DNA of 64,000 nucleotides. Source: Candidatus Bathyarchaeia archaeon (GTDB lineage Archaea; Thermoproteota; Bathyarchaeia; 40CM-2-53-6). Where the stretch lies: contig JBEKSC010000012.1 in the NCBI GenBank assembly GCA_049517415.1, positions 1-64,000 on the forward strand. Reading direction: 5' to 3'. Each line of letters opens with the position of its first letter. The first letter of the stretch is position 1. A model generated the notes under the pieces. The model had not been told where the DNA came from. It searched no databases and saw only the letters and a list, made by a program, of their open reading frames with translations. The position numbers and the translations under genes were made by a program. Shown piece by piece: positions 36,883-47,057 of this stretch.

Positions 36883-37866
36883 TTAGGGCAGTTTGGCTCC
36901 GCAGTTTTGGCAGAAGGTTGCGCTTGCGGCGGCTACGCTGTTGCACTTGGGGCATTTCTTTCCTGGAGCGACGGTAGGTTGGGTTTCGGAACTGATGCTT
37001 GTACCGCAGTTGGGACAGAACTTCGACGTTGAGGGTATGTGTGCTTGGCAATTGGGGCAAACGACTAGTGCAATGGCGGGAGCTGTTCCGCCTGACGTTT
37101 GGAATAGCGGCGGCATGAGGACCATGCCGGCCCCGAAGGCTGCACCCCCGCCCGTAGATTTACCTAAAGACGCCGCAGCGTCCTTCACAGTTTCCATTCT
37201 AATGACCTCGTCGGGTGACACACGGCCTGTTTTCAACCAGAACAACCTGTCCCGGAATTCGGGCGTAGTGTCGATTCCTTCAAACTTGAGGTCGATCATC
37301 TGAACCCCTATTCGTTTGAAGTAGTCAACAAGGTTGGCTTTGACCTCATTCGACGTAACATCAAGTTTAGTGAATACGGTTTGCAAATCGTACTTGGAGA
37401 GGACGTCAATCATTTTTTCGTTGACGAATCCGCGCAGGAAATTGTTGACATCCGCTGTAGCATACGCATTCTGTCCACCCACAACCTCGTTCACGAAAAG
37501 GGATGCGTCTTCTATCCTGAACCAGAAGGAACCGAAAGTCATGAGCGGGGCTAGTTCGGTTGTTTGGGCTCTGTTGCCGAATTTTCCTGCGAACTGCTTG
37601 TTGGAGACGAAGATAACGTTCGCTTTGAAGGGGGTCTGTTGGAATCCAGCGATCCTGGACAAAAGTTTCGTGATGAGAGGCAGGTTGAGTGTTGTTAGCG
37701 TGTGCCTTCCTGGGCCGAGGGTGTCGTAGCTTTTGCCGTCGCGGAAGAAGACTGCGTACTCGTACTCGTGAACGACCAGTTGCGCCCCCCACATAATGTT
37801 CTCGTCTGGGTAACGGTAGACAACATCGTCAGGACCCGCGTTCACCCATTCTAGAACTTGAGGCAT
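36883..37866 (-). CDS. SPFH (band 7-like) domain protein with C-terminal double zinc ribbon
   Basis: GAQLVVHE.E.AVFFRDGK..GPGRHTL.T.NLP; CPNC..FCPNCG..CPKC..FCQNCG. Confidence 0.88.
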   Translation of the reverse strand: MPQVLEWVNAGPDDVVYRYPDENIMWGAQLVVHEYEYAVFFRDGKSYDTLGPGRHTLTTLNLPLITKLLSRIAGFQQTPFKANVIFVSNKQFAGKFGNRAQTTELAPLMTFGSFWFRIEDASLFVNEVVGGQNAYATADVNNFLRGFVNEKMIDVLSKYDLQTVFTKLDVTSNEVKANLVDYFKRIGVQMIDLKFEGIDTTPEFRDRLFWLKTGRVSPDEVIRMETVKDAAASLGKSTGGGAAFGAGMVLMPPLFQTSGGTAPAIALVVCPNCQAHIPSTSKFCPNCGTSISSETQPTVAPGKKCPKCNSVAAASATFCQNCGAKLP

Positions 37867-38417
37867 TAGACGGTCACCCCTTCGATTGTCTGCTTACGCT
37901 TATCAAATGTGGCTTCAAGCTGTAGGATTGAAGTGTCCAGACCACTTTCCACGTTCCGAGTATCTTCGAATTTTCCCTGGCTAAGCTGCATTTTGAAGTT
38001 TGAAATTGAATCAGCCAATTTTCTCACAGACTCCATCATTTGCGTGTCGTAGGCCACCATTTGATCTAGCTGAGGGGCTTCGACACGTACGGAGTCGAAG
38101 AACCCGCTGTACCCGTATGAGGCGCGGTTTACCTTCTCCGCAACTCGGTCCAACTTTGCGATGAGCTGGTTTGTGGGTTCCATTAACTCCGGCGTCCCAG
38201 CGTTACTGAGCAACTGGAAGCAGCCCATGAGGTCGTCTCGGGCGCCTTTGAGGGCACGGTAGACGTAGTCCCTTACGATTCTGTCCGCCTCTCTTCTTTC
38301 CTCCCTAACCTTGTATCCGCGGAAGCCAGGGACCTGCAGCATTATACGTTCTAGTAGCCTGTCGCTTTCCTGTACTCGTTCAAGGGGTGTTTTTGCGGTC
38401 ATGGAAATTCTCCTCAA
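37866..38417 (-). CDS. Conserved hypothetical helical protein
   Basis: VPGFRGYK.REERREAD..YGYSGFFD; coupled to the SPFH gene. Confidence 0.75.
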   Translation of the reverse strand: MRRISMTAKTPLERVQESDRLLERIMLQVPGFRGYKVREERREADRIVRDYVYRALKGARDDLMGCFQLLSNAGTPELMEPTNQLIAKLDRVAEKVNRASYGYSGFFDSVRVEAPQLDQMVAYDTQMMESVRKLADSISNFKMQLSQGKFEDTRNVESGLDTSILQLEATFDKRKQTIEGVTV

Positions 38418-38462
38418 TTCACGTCTGGCTTGGCTTTTAAGGATTCATCGTTTTTAATCGAG

Positions 38463-39216
38463 TTAGAGCATTTTGAAGTCTGTGCTCGGCAAGTCTCCCT
38501 TGATTACTTCCGACGAGGAACCGTCAAGCAGGACTTGGTATCGGGAATTCTTGTAGACGTAGGTTACGAACCATATTGGAGCGTGTAGGTAGAAGCTGCT
38601 TGTGACGTTGAATTCGGTCTTGATGTCCTCTATGCGGTCGATTTTTTGCTTCGCAAGATACTCATGGAGCTGTTCGATTTCGTCCCGTGCTTGCGTACTA
38701 GCTTCCTCAGAGTCCATCTCACTGTTCAGGATCTTTGCGCCCCCTTCTATTCTGGCGGCATCGAATGGGATCTTCCCGGCTAGGGATAGATGGTAGGAAC
38801 GAATTGGAAAGCTGCTTTGCTTTCTGGCCAGGACCAACCAGTCGTAATGGTTAGAGATGTCGCCTTCTTGCTGCGCGGGCGGTGCGATTCGTTCTATTAT
38901 ACCTTTATAGTGTGTTTGGGCCTCGGCGCTGACGACCCAAATTGGGAGGTATGTCAGATCCTGTTCTGCGAGGGCGGATTTCTTGTGTAGATCCTTTGAG
39001 GCGATGAAGCTATTGGCCATCCAGCTTTGAACCAGTTTGAAAACCTGGCGCTTGAATCGAGTTGAGTATAAGAGAGTGCTCGAACTCGAAGGCCTTGCCA
39101 GTCTCAATGAAGCTTGTGAACCCGCAATACTTGCAGGTTACAATAATCTCTCCAGGCTGGACCTGTAGAGGCGCAGCACAGTGCGGGCAGGCTACTTCCT
39201 TTGTGATCGCAACCAA
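38463..39216 (-). pseudogene. Zinc-ribbon protein interrupted by a +1 frameshift near 39050
   Basis: CPHC..CKYC N-terminus (39216-39050) continues as QVFKLVQSW..YLPIW..HAPIWFVTY..LDG in another frame. Confidence 0.75.
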
Positions 39217-39301
39217 GCCTAATCCTTCTGTGATTTGTGGAAGCTAATGTTTAATGGTCTCTATTTCTCCTCGCAGGCGGAAACTCGAGGCCTGACAGAC
39301 A

Positions 39302-40366
39302 TTGGCGAACTTAGGACAACTCAAAGGGACCATGTATTCGACCGTAATCATTACGCTCTTCATATTTGTCGTCTTTATCGCCGTAGTCTCAGTCTTCATT
39401 AGCGCTGCGGTGGACGTGGATATCTCACCTGTCGGAATACTTTCGGGAGCTCTTGTTCTGGCTTTGATTTTCATGTTAATCCAATTCGCTATTAGCCCGT
39501 ATATTGTTCGATTGACGACTCGGTTGCGATATTTGGGGCCTGGTGAGAATGTTTGGTTGGAGCAGACTGTGGGTAAGCTGGCTCAGGAGGCGGGCGTGAA
39601 GCAGCCGCGCTTGGCAATTGTTCCCGACCAGACGCCCAACGCTTTCGTCTTCGGCAACTCATCCTCGAATATGACTCTAGCCGTGAACCAAGGCCTGCTA
39701 TCTCAGCTTAGCGAGGATGAAATTCGAGGAGTACTTGCGCATGAGTTGGGCCACGTCCGGCATAGAGATTCGATCGTGATGACGTTCATGTCTGCGATTC
39801 CGTTGATCGCGTACGTGGTCGTTCGGGCGGCGTTTGGCTTCCAAGTATACGGCGGAGGCGGCCGTAGGGGTCAACGTGAAAATGGGGCTGTATACATTCT
39901 CGTAGCTGGGGCGGTCGCGTTAGTGGTCTATTTTATCTCACAACTCTTAGTACTTCGCCTCAGCAGGCTTAGGGAGAGTTTCGCCGACGTCTTCTCGGCG
40001 TACCTGACGGAGTCGCCTAGGAGCCTGGAGAGTGCACTGACGAGGATAACTTACGGCCTGTCGCTGGCTCCACAGGATGCCCATGGCGCGAGAGCCCTAT
40101 ACATCTCCGACCCTGTGCTGGCGAAGCAGGAGATTTCTGGAATTCTGCAACAAAAGAGTAAGTACGATTTAGATCACGACGGCGTGCTTGATGAGCATGA
40201 ACTTGAATTAGCGATGGAGGCAGAGGCAAAGTCCCATTGGCGTTCCATCAACGAAGCCTTCGCCACCCACCCGCCAACATTCAAAAGAATACTCCTGCTG
40301 AGACAGATCGAGCAAGAAATCCAAAGCAGAGGTACAGGGACCCCGAACATATACTCACGAATCTAG
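39302..40366 (+). CDS. htpX: Zinc metalloprotease HtpX (M48) with EF-hand-like insert
   Basis: PNAFVFG, LAHELGHVRHRD, LSRLRESFAD, FATHPP..RI; DLDHDGVLDEHE loop. Confidence 0.93.
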   Translation: MANLGQLKGTMYSTVIITLFIFVVFIAVVSVFISAAVDVDISPVGILSGALVLALIFMLIQFAISPYIVRLTTRLRYLGPGENVWLEQTVGKLAQEAGVKQPRLAIVPDQTPNAFVFGNSSSNMTLAVNQGLLSQLSEDEIRGVLAHELGHVRHRDSIVMTFMSAIPLIAYVVVRAAFGFQVYGGGGRRGQRENGAVYILVAGAVALVVYFISQLLVLRLSRLRESFADVFSAYLTESPRSLESALTRITYGLSLAPQDAHGARALYISDPVLAKQEISGILQQKSKYDLDHDGVLDEHELELAMEAEAKSHWRSINEAFATHPPTFKRILLLRQIEQEIQSRGTGTPNIYSRI

Positions 40367-40535
40367 ACCTCACGTCTAGGAACTTGTCGCGGTACCACCG
40401 GTCGCCAAGGGCATCCGCTAAGTCCGGCTCATTGGACAATAACATCTGCCAATACTCATCTTCGATAGAAGCCGAGAGTTTCCGAAGCAGTTTGAGCCAT
40501 CGGAGCCTACCTCACCATCATCTAGTGCCAGGTTC

Positions 40536-41027
40536 CTACGTTCTAGGGTTATTCCAGAACCATTGCATCTGAGGCGGTTCAACATTGTCCTGCCACATTA
40601 ACGCGATTAATTCTCCCATATGATACATTTGCTCGGAGAAGGATTGGATGAGGCATTCTTCAACCGTGAGGTCGAAGGTTGCTCCAGACGAGAGCGTGAA
40701 GTTCACCTTCCGCTTCAAAGCTTTCTCATCCAAACCCGCGAGCCAAGGCCGAGTTCTCCCTTCAACCTCTTCCAAATGCACGAGCACCATCCCCATGCTC
40801 GTATATTCAGCCCACTTCCTCCGCACGTACTCTCCACTCCGCCCCGGGATAACCCAATTAACGATCCAATCCTCATTGTCAACCATATGGAGCAGAATAT
40901 TCTTCATGCTGTAGAAGCTCGCCTCCCTATTCCTCTCAACCTCTGCCCACGGTAACTCCGCAAGCTTGTCCGCAAACCTTCGCCGGACACGGGACGCATA
41001 TGCGTAGAGCTCAGAAATCTCAAACAT
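40536..41027 (-). CDS. DinB family protein
   Basis: SMKNILLHMV.NE..W..YHMGEL. Confidence 0.85.
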   Translation of the reverse strand: MFEISELYAYASRVRRRFADKLAELPWAEVERNREASFYSMKNILLHMVDNEDWIVNWVIPGRSGEYVRRKWAEYTSMGMVLVHLEEVEGRTRPWLAGLDEKALKRKVNFTLSSGATFDLTVEECLIQSFSEQMYHMGELIALMWQDNVEPPQMQWFWNNPRT

Positions 41028-41164
41028 TACCGATCCGCTAATGACATGGGGACGTCATGATTTATCTCTGTCCCAAGGATTTTCGGGTTCAGCTTAAAGC
41101 AAGGAAAGGCACCCGCAGCAATCTAACCTCAACAATATCTATGCCCACGTTTTGAGAAGAAACT

Positions 41165-41950
41165 ATGTTGATGAACGCGGGGGCGATTCTTGGGCTGAAA
41201 CTGGTTACTGTGCCGATTTTCATTTTTGCGGTTAGTATCGTGGCTCGCCGATGGGGCGCGTCCGTTGGTGGGTTGATAATTGGCCTTCCGTTGACCTCCG
41301 GCCCAGTCCTGTTCTTCTTGACGTTGGAGCAGGGAAGTAACTTTGCGTCGGGAGCAGCTCAGGGAACGTTGATGGCGTTGATCTCACTGGCAAGCTCCTG
41401 CCTGGCGTACAGCTTACTTTCCTTTAGGTTCAGTTGGCGAATTAGTTTCGTTGGATGCTGCACGGCCTATCTGATTGCGTCGTCGATCTTGTATTTTGTA
41501 TCAGCTCCACTCGTTTTGTCCTTGGTTGGTGTTCTAGCATTTCTGGGAGTCATCTGGAGGGTTATGCCCCCAGGCTCAGTTGGAGGGAGTTCTCGTAAGC
41601 CTCCAGCATGGGAGATCCCAACTCGAATGGTTTCAGCGACCGCTATGGTCCTTCTCATCACCGAGAGTGCTACATTCCTAGGGCCTCACTTCAGCGGACT
41701 CCTCACGCCGTTCCCCGTTTACGCAACCATATTGGCTGTGTTCATTCACAAATTCGACGGCCCAGGGGCCAGTGCGCAGTTTCTCCGCGGCGTGACCGTC
41801 GGGTGTTCCACATCCGCCGTTTTCTTTTTCCTAATTGCATCGTTCATAGTAACAATGGGCATATTCCAAACATTTGCTTTAGGGGTAGTTGTAGCGTTGA
41901 CTCTGCAAGGCCTGCTGCTCTACTCGTTGCGAAGGGGTAGGGCATCATAA
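41165..41950 (+). CDS. Hypothetical multi-pass membrane protein with internal duplication
   Basis: About 8 TM; RRWG..GGLIIGLPLTSGP versus LGP.FSGLLTPFP. Confidence 0.75.
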   Translation: MLMNAGAILGLKLVTVPIFIFAVSIVARRWGASVGGLIIGLPLTSGPVLFFLTLEQGSNFASGAAQGTLMALISLASSCLAYSLLSFRFSWRISFVGCCTAYLIASSILYFVSAPLVLSLVGVLAFLGVIWRVMPPGSVGGSSRKPPAWEIPTRMVSATAMVLLITESATFLGPHFSGLLTPFPVYATILAVFIHKFDGPGASAQFLRGVTVGCSTSAVFFFLIASFIVTMGIFQTFALGVVVALTLQGLLLYSLRRGRAS

Positions 41951-42085
41951 CAATCAATAGGCTAACTCTGGGCAACCAATACTGGCGCCATTGCGAACGT
42001 AACGAGCTTACCTTAGGCCTAGTTGCAGTTAATATACTTACTTATCTCTACTAGCTTACTAAAGTAAAGCGTGGTTAGATAATCG

Positions 42086-42262
42086 ATGTCCAAAGTAGAA
42101 ATAAAACCTGCGGAAAATGGCCCAAACGTCATTTTCATAGATGGCAAGCCGTTCACTGCTATGTGCAGGTGCGGAACTTCGAACAACAAACCGTACTGTG
42201 ATGGGACGCATGTGAAGGTAGGGTTCCACGCGGGCCCTACAGAACTCAAGGTCTTGAATTAA
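42086..42262 (+). CDS. Small CDGSH iron-sulfur protein (58 aa, below the ORF-track cutoff)
   Basis: MSKVEIKPAENGPNVIFIDGKPFTAMCRCGTSNNKPYCDGTHVKVGFHAGPTELKVLN*. Confidence 0.92.
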   Translation: MSKVEIKPAENGPNVIFIDGKPFTAMCRCGTSNNKPYCDGTHVKVGFHAGPTELKVLN

Positions 42263-42279
42263 ACTGAAGGTGGGAGCCG

Positions 42280-42885
42280 TTGCAACCCGAAAAACCGATT
42301 AGGATACTCGGTATCGCTGGAAGCCTCAGAAAGAACTCATTCAACAAGCAATTACTGCAAGCCGCAACCAAACTCCTTCCAAAGGCTGCCCAACTAGAAC
42401 TCTTCGGCATAGATGACATCCCTCTCTACAATCAGGATGTAGAAGTTTCTGGTATTCCTGAAGCAGTCAAGCGATTCAAGGAGAGAATTGAGAGCGCTGA
42501 CGCAATCCTAATCGCCACTCCGGAATACAATCATTCCTACCCCGGCATCCTGAAGAACGCAATTGATTGGGGGTCTAGGCCTTACGGCCAGAACTCATTC
42601 AACGGCAAACCGGTAGCGGTCATAAGCGCTTCACCCGGGACATTTGGCGGCGTGGGTGCACAGGACCAACTCAAACAAGTCCTCCTGGCACTGAACATGC
42701 ACCTGGTAAGTCAGCCAGCCGTCATTGTGACATCAGCCCACGACAAGATAGATTCGGACGGCAACTTAACAGACCCCATTACAACACAATTCTTCACACA
42801 ACTACTTGCAAACCTAGTTGAATTTACAAGAAAATTCTACCAACCCGTTAAGCCCCTTCTGGCGCCAACTATTTCCAAACGTTGA
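42280..42885 (+). CDS. NADPH-dependent FMN reductase (ChrR/YieF-like)
   Basis: GSLRKNSFN..ATPEYNHSYPGILKNAIDW.SR. Confidence 0.94.
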   Translation: MQPEKPIRILGIAGSLRKNSFNKQLLQAATKLLPKAAQLELFGIDDIPLYNQDVEVSGIPEAVKRFKERIESADAILIATPEYNHSYPGILKNAIDWGSRPYGQNSFNGKPVAVISASPGTFGGVGAQDQLKQVLLALNMHLVSQPAVIVTSAHDKIDSDGNLTDPITTQFFTQLLANLVEFTRKFYQPVKPLLAPTISKR

Positions 42886-43688
42886 AGCGGCTTAGAATGT
42901 CGAACGATAAACTGGGGATGGGGTCGTGGGCCACGAATGAAACTACCGTTGAGTTGGTGAAGCAAGCCCACGAGAATGCAATAGGTAGCATGATGAGATC
43001 TGGGTTTGAGGTTCGTAACATCCTCGAGGTTGTTGTGAATCCTCAGCTCCCTTTCATGGGATATACGACCCCGAAGGGCCGGGGCTTCAGGATCGTGGTT
43101 TCTGGGATGGCTGTGAAATCAGGAATGCTAGAAGGGCTTCTCGTGCACGAATTGTCACATGTTTACAGAATGCAGAATAATCATCCTTCCCATAACCAAC
43201 ACATCATAGAAGAAGCACTCAATGGGCTTGTCGGACGAGTCATCTTAGAGGATTATCAGCAGAAGACAATCCACGAACTTGTTAACAACATACAAGACCT
43301 GTATGCAGACGACATTGCTATGAAAATCTTCAGGGAAGGCCACCTCCTTCCGGAAGAACAGTTGAGCAACTTCCTGCAAGGATGGGTGAAAGATGAACCC
43401 ATGAAATCAAATGACCCAAGAAAGGGCAGGTGGATCAACGCGGCAATTCTAGTTAATAATGCACGAGCAATTGCCCAAATGAAGAGGCACAAGATAGCCG
43501 ACTTGGGCGGGAAGGCCCTAGCTTCGAACGAGCGACTTCTTGCTCAATTGCCCAAGAAAGTCTCCAGCCAGTTTCAATATTTCACGAATTTAATGGTGAA
43601 CTTGAAGGAAAGCATCACTGAAGAAGAATACCGGAGGCTTCTAACGGATTACTTGAGAAAATTCTTGGAAATAACTGAAGAAAACTGA
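42882..43688 (+). CDS. Archaeal hypothetical protein with HExxH motif (DUF5781-like)
   Basis: LPFMGYT..LLVHELSHVYR..HPSH..DLYADD. Confidence 0.7.
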   Translation: MKRLRMSNDKLGMGSWATNETTVELVKQAHENAIGSMMRSGFEVRNILEVVVNPQLPFMGYTTPKGRGFRIVVSGMAVKSGMLEGLLVHELSHVYRMQNNHPSHNQHIIEEALNGLVGRVILEDYQQKTIHELVNNIQDLYADDIAMKIFREGHLLPEEQLSNFLQGWVKDEPMKSNDPRKGRWINAAILVNNARAIAQMKRHKIADLGGKALASNERLLAQLPKKVSSQFQYFTNLMVNLKESITEEEYRRLLTDYLRKFLEITEEN

Positions 43689-43731
43689 AACCACCGACTA
43701 GCCTTCTTACGAGCAATGTATGTTGGTAATC

Positions 43732-44919
43732 TTATCCACCCTTAGAGTACGCGACGCCACTCGACGGCTCCTTGGCCAGAAGAATAACTGAGATTAAGAC
43801 AAAGGTATACAGCGCCGCAACCATCCACGATGTGCCGTAGCCGAAGGATATGACAAGCAGGGAAAAGACAACGGGTGACCAGAATCCGGCAAACATCTGA
43901 ATGGTATTGACCCAACTCACGGCAAGCGTCTCGTACTCAGCCGATGCCGCCCGAACTTTCCGTGCAGCCAGATAACTTATCGTAAAGGCGCCGCTGCTCG
44001 ACCCCGCCATCACGGTTGCGCCAATTGCAGAGTAAACGGTTCCTATCGAGGCTATTGCGACGCCGATAGACAAAACCAGTCCAAGAATGAACAGAAGGAG
44101 GCGGGTTCTCTTCGTCTTATCATATAAGATGCCGAAAAGTGGTGATGCGAAAACTGCGGCTAGCGGGCTAAGGGATCCAATTATTCCGGCAGGGGTGGGC
44201 CCAAGCTTCAGATATTGCTCGAGGTAGTAGATCATGAATGTGTTTACGAGAATTTGGCCGCTACCGATCCCGAATAGTTCAAGCGAGAGCAAGAATAGCC
44301 ATCGGTTTGAGAGAACTCGCCGTAGGTCCGGCAATTTAATGGTGAACTCCTTCCGAAACTCGTCCTTTGGTAGATAAGCCAAAAGAAGTAGACCGCCGAG
44401 AATTCCCAACCCACCACTTGCGGCTAGGGCCGGTCGCCAACCAGTTAACTCGGCGAGAACTGACCACCCAAAGAGGCCTATAGCTGACCCAACATAGTAG
44501 GCGCCGTTGAAGACTCCCACTCCCAGCCCCTGCGATTCCCGTCGAAATGCTTTCGCGATTAACGTAACCCCGGGCGCAAAGAATAGACCCAATCCCACTC
44601 CCACTAGGAATCTTAGCAAAACCAATTGGTAGAATTGATAGGTGAAAGCCGTAAGAACTGCTGCGGCAGAGGACAGTAGCATTCCGTAGATGGCAGTTTT
44701 CCTCGGCCCGAACTTTGCCGCCGCGATTCCTGCTGGGATTTGAAACAATCCAACGCCGATGTAGAAACTTGCAGTCAATACGCCGAGCCCCGAAATATTT
44801 AGGCCGAAGTCAGTAGCTATGAATGCAAACACGGCCGCAATATTGTACCAATTAATCGCGTAGGTTACTCTAGAGAGAATGAGAGAAGCAACAACGTCGC
44901 GGTTAAGTACTCGCCTCAA
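43732..44919 (-). CDS. MFS transporter
   Basis: About 12 TM; GIAAAKFGPRK loop; LRFLVGVG. Confidence 0.92.
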   Translation of the reverse strand: MRRVLNRDVVASLILSRVTYAINWYNIAAVFAFIATDFGLNISGLGVLTASFYIGVGLFQIPAGIAAAKFGPRKTAIYGMLLSSAAAVLTAFTYQFYQLVLLRFLVGVGLGLFFAPGVTLIAKAFRRESQGLGVGVFNGAYYVGSAIGLFGWSVLAELTGWRPALAASGGLGILGGLLLLAYLPKDEFRKEFTIKLPDLRRVLSNRWLFLLSLELFGIGSGQILVNTFMIYYLEQYLKLGPTPAGIIGSLSPLAAVFASPLFGILYDKTKRTRLLLFILGLVLSIGVAIASIGTVYSAIGATVMAGSSSGAFTISYLAARKVRAASAEYETLAVSWVNTIQMFAGFWSPVVFSLLVISFGYGTSWMVAALYTFVLISVILLAKEPSSGVAYSKGG

Positions 44920-45084
44920 AGCGACTGCTTCTCCCTCAATTGACCTAGCGCTGCAGGGAGAATTCTACCACTAATGAACTATGCTGGCTGCGCTTCACAT
45001 GCGAAAACAACTGACCAAACGATAGTTACAGGCTTCTTACGTAACTTGATTCCCGCTCAACTAATAGTTCTTCCTTGAGAAGTT

Positions 45085-45105
45085 GAGAAAAAAGAAAGAA
45101 GAAAT
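45085..45105 (-). terminator. T-rich archaeal terminator downstream of the 34-aa peptide gene
   Basis: Minus strand ATTTCTTCTTTCTTTTTTCTC about 20 nt after the stop. Confidence 0.55.
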
Positions 45106-45125
45106 TCTTGACGACAGCCTCCGGC

Positions 45126-45230
45126 TCAGTAGTCTAGTTCGTATTCCTGCCATTCCAGCGTGGGGTAGTATCCGTACCAAGGGTTGTAGGCGTAGACGTA
45201 GCTGGGCATCCAAACTCTTTGCTTCCTCAA
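45126..45230 (-). CDS. 34-aa Tyr/Trp-rich peptide (not in the ORF track)
   Basis: AAAAGGAGGTG Shine-Dalgarno 9 nt before TTG; MRKQRVWMPSYVYAYNPWYGYYPTLEWQEYELDY*; T-tract after the stop. Confidence 0.75.
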   Translation of the reverse strand: MRKQRVWMPSYVYAYNPWYGYYPTLEWQEYELDY

Positions 45231-45563
45231 TTATATCGACACCTCCTTTTCTCGTTCTTCACGTCATTTGTGAATGCGGTTTCCAACCGCTTAACTCCTA
45301 GTGCCACGCCTCTACTTTCGTAACGGTTCTTCCACCTGGTAGAAATCCCTGTGGCCTAGAGCGTCCGCCAGGGAGACGCATGCACGAAACCAGCATGCCG
45401 CGACGAGCTGTTTATCTTCCACAAGCATAGAATAGAAAAGCGTGATACAAGACAACAGGAATTGAATCGGGGTCGGGGATAATGCCCAACGTTAAGCAAA
45501 CGTGAAATCCCCACAAAAAACGAGCAACCCTCATCCTTTCAGAGATTATAACGAAACTCATGA

Positions 45564-45938
45564 TTGCTAGTTTACACAGGTATGGAATCCAACTTTCGCA
45601 CCGAGGGACGTGATGAGTCTACTATGAATTGGCGATGCGCGTCTTGCGGATGGGAAGCAAAAACAAATCGTCAGAAATGCCCTAACTGTGGGGTCATGGC
45701 TTGGAAACCCGCCCCGAAGAAGGATTTGAAGGAACTCTCAGGCCCACTGAAACGAATTGCTCCTAGAGGGCTCCTTCTAGCTAACCCGGGAAAACAAGCG
45801 AAGGAGGAGTCTAATGGTATCGCATGCGGAATATGTCACGCAGTCATCTATAGACCTGACAAAGGGTTTGATGCCGAGGCATTAGAAGAGGCACGTAAAA
45901 CGCATTATTCCACCTCTCCTGCCTGTAAGGGGGCCTAA
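45564..45938 (+). CDS. Small Zn-binding protein
   Basis: CASC..CPNC and CGIC..HY..C. Confidence 0.55.
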   Translation: MLVYTGMESNFRTEGRDESTMNWRCASCGWEAKTNRQKCPNCGVMAWKPAPKKDLKELSGPLKRIAPRGLLLANPGKQAKEESNGIACGICHAVIYRPDKGFDAEALEEARKTHYSTSPACKGA

Positions 45939-46012
45939 GTGAAGGAAGCTTACGTGCCTCACCCAGCAAGACCAACCATAGGTCAATACTGGCGGGGGTT
46001 GGCGAGGTCATC

Positions 46013-46810
46013 GTGGGGTTGTTGATCATCGCCGCGCCGCTTCAGGAATACTCGATGTATGTGAACTCAATCCCGACTTTTTTCAGCCTAGACTTGTCCC
46101 TACTCGAAGATCTCGGCTACCTAGTCGTCGCCTTAACGTTGCTCGGTCTTTTCTTCGTTGCTCTGGGCCTTCGCCAAATATTAAACGAATTACGGTCAAG
46201 CAACCGTTCCACCCCAGTGACATTCCTAGTCATCTCTAAAGTCCTCAGCGAGGTAGGGTACTGGCGAATTATGGCCGCGGCAACCCTGCTCTATGGTCTC
46301 TTATTCGCGGTTGTTACTGGGATTGTTGTGTACCGGCCTATGGAAGACTTTGCACAAGAATATTTCACTCAAATCCCGTCCGCAGTCCTTGCAGTGTGCT
46401 GTGGAAGTGCAGGCCTAGTCCCAGTCCTAACGGTATTTGTAACGAATCATCTGGGCCTGCTGATTATTCCCGCTAACATACTGATCCTAACGGCTGTCTC
46501 TGTACTGGTGGGGCTCAACGCCACGCTGACAGTGTGTGAATATCACAACAGGCCTCGCGATGCGTCTGGCCGATGGTTGTTAGGGTTAGGAGCCATCACC
46601 GGACTGTTCACCGCTTGTCCCACATGCGCCGGCCTCTTCTTCTCCACCATCGTCGTAGCCTTGGGATCATCCGCTCTCGTCATCCTGCCGAGCACACAAT
46701 TCTACTTTGTAGTGGGCACAGTTCTCTTACTTATAGCGGGAGTGTACTTCGCCAGAGTTCTAGGGCAAGCCGTGCTTGGCCAGTCCTTTAGCGAGTCCAA
46801 GACGCGTTGA
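46013..46810 (+). CDS. Membrane protein with CC and CxxC motifs (possible copper/thiol handling)
   Basis: About 6 TM; AVCCG and FTACPTCAG. Confidence 0.7.
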   Translation: MGLLIIAAPLQEYSMYVNSIPTFFSLDLSLLEDLGYLVVALTLLGLFFVALGLRQILNELRSSNRSTPVTFLVISKVLSEVGYWRIMAAATLLYGLLFAVVTGIVVYRPMEDFAQEYFTQIPSAVLAVCCGSAGLVPVLTVFVTNHLGLLIIPANILILTAVSVLVGLNATLTVCEYHNRPRDASGRWLLGLGAITGLFTACPTCAGLFFSTIVVALGSSALVILPSTQFYFVVGTVLLLIAGVYFARVLGQAVLGQSFSESKTR

Positions 46811-47057
46811 TGAGGGGCTGGCCGGTTAAGAAAAAGCTTAAAACAATTTACGATACATCAAATCATGGTCGTACAACCTCATGCCCTCAAAGAAACCGAG
46901 TAGCGGAAGAATCTACATACTCATCGCCGCGGTTATTGCGGTTTTCATATTTGCGGAGTGGATTAGTGTTTTCTTCTACGGCCATCTGCCAGCAGGCTAC
47001 CCATAAGGCAACGTTACGGAATACGCAGTCGATGGCTTCAGGCAGAGGTCGTCCGAT

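Noticed and set aside
42019..42249. 76-aa minus-strand ORF
   Set aside because: Shadow of the plus-strand CDGSH gene at 42086-42262.
45083..45301. 72-aa plus-strand ORF
   Set aside because: No ribosome-binding site or recognisable features; antisense to the better-supported 34-aa peptide gene.
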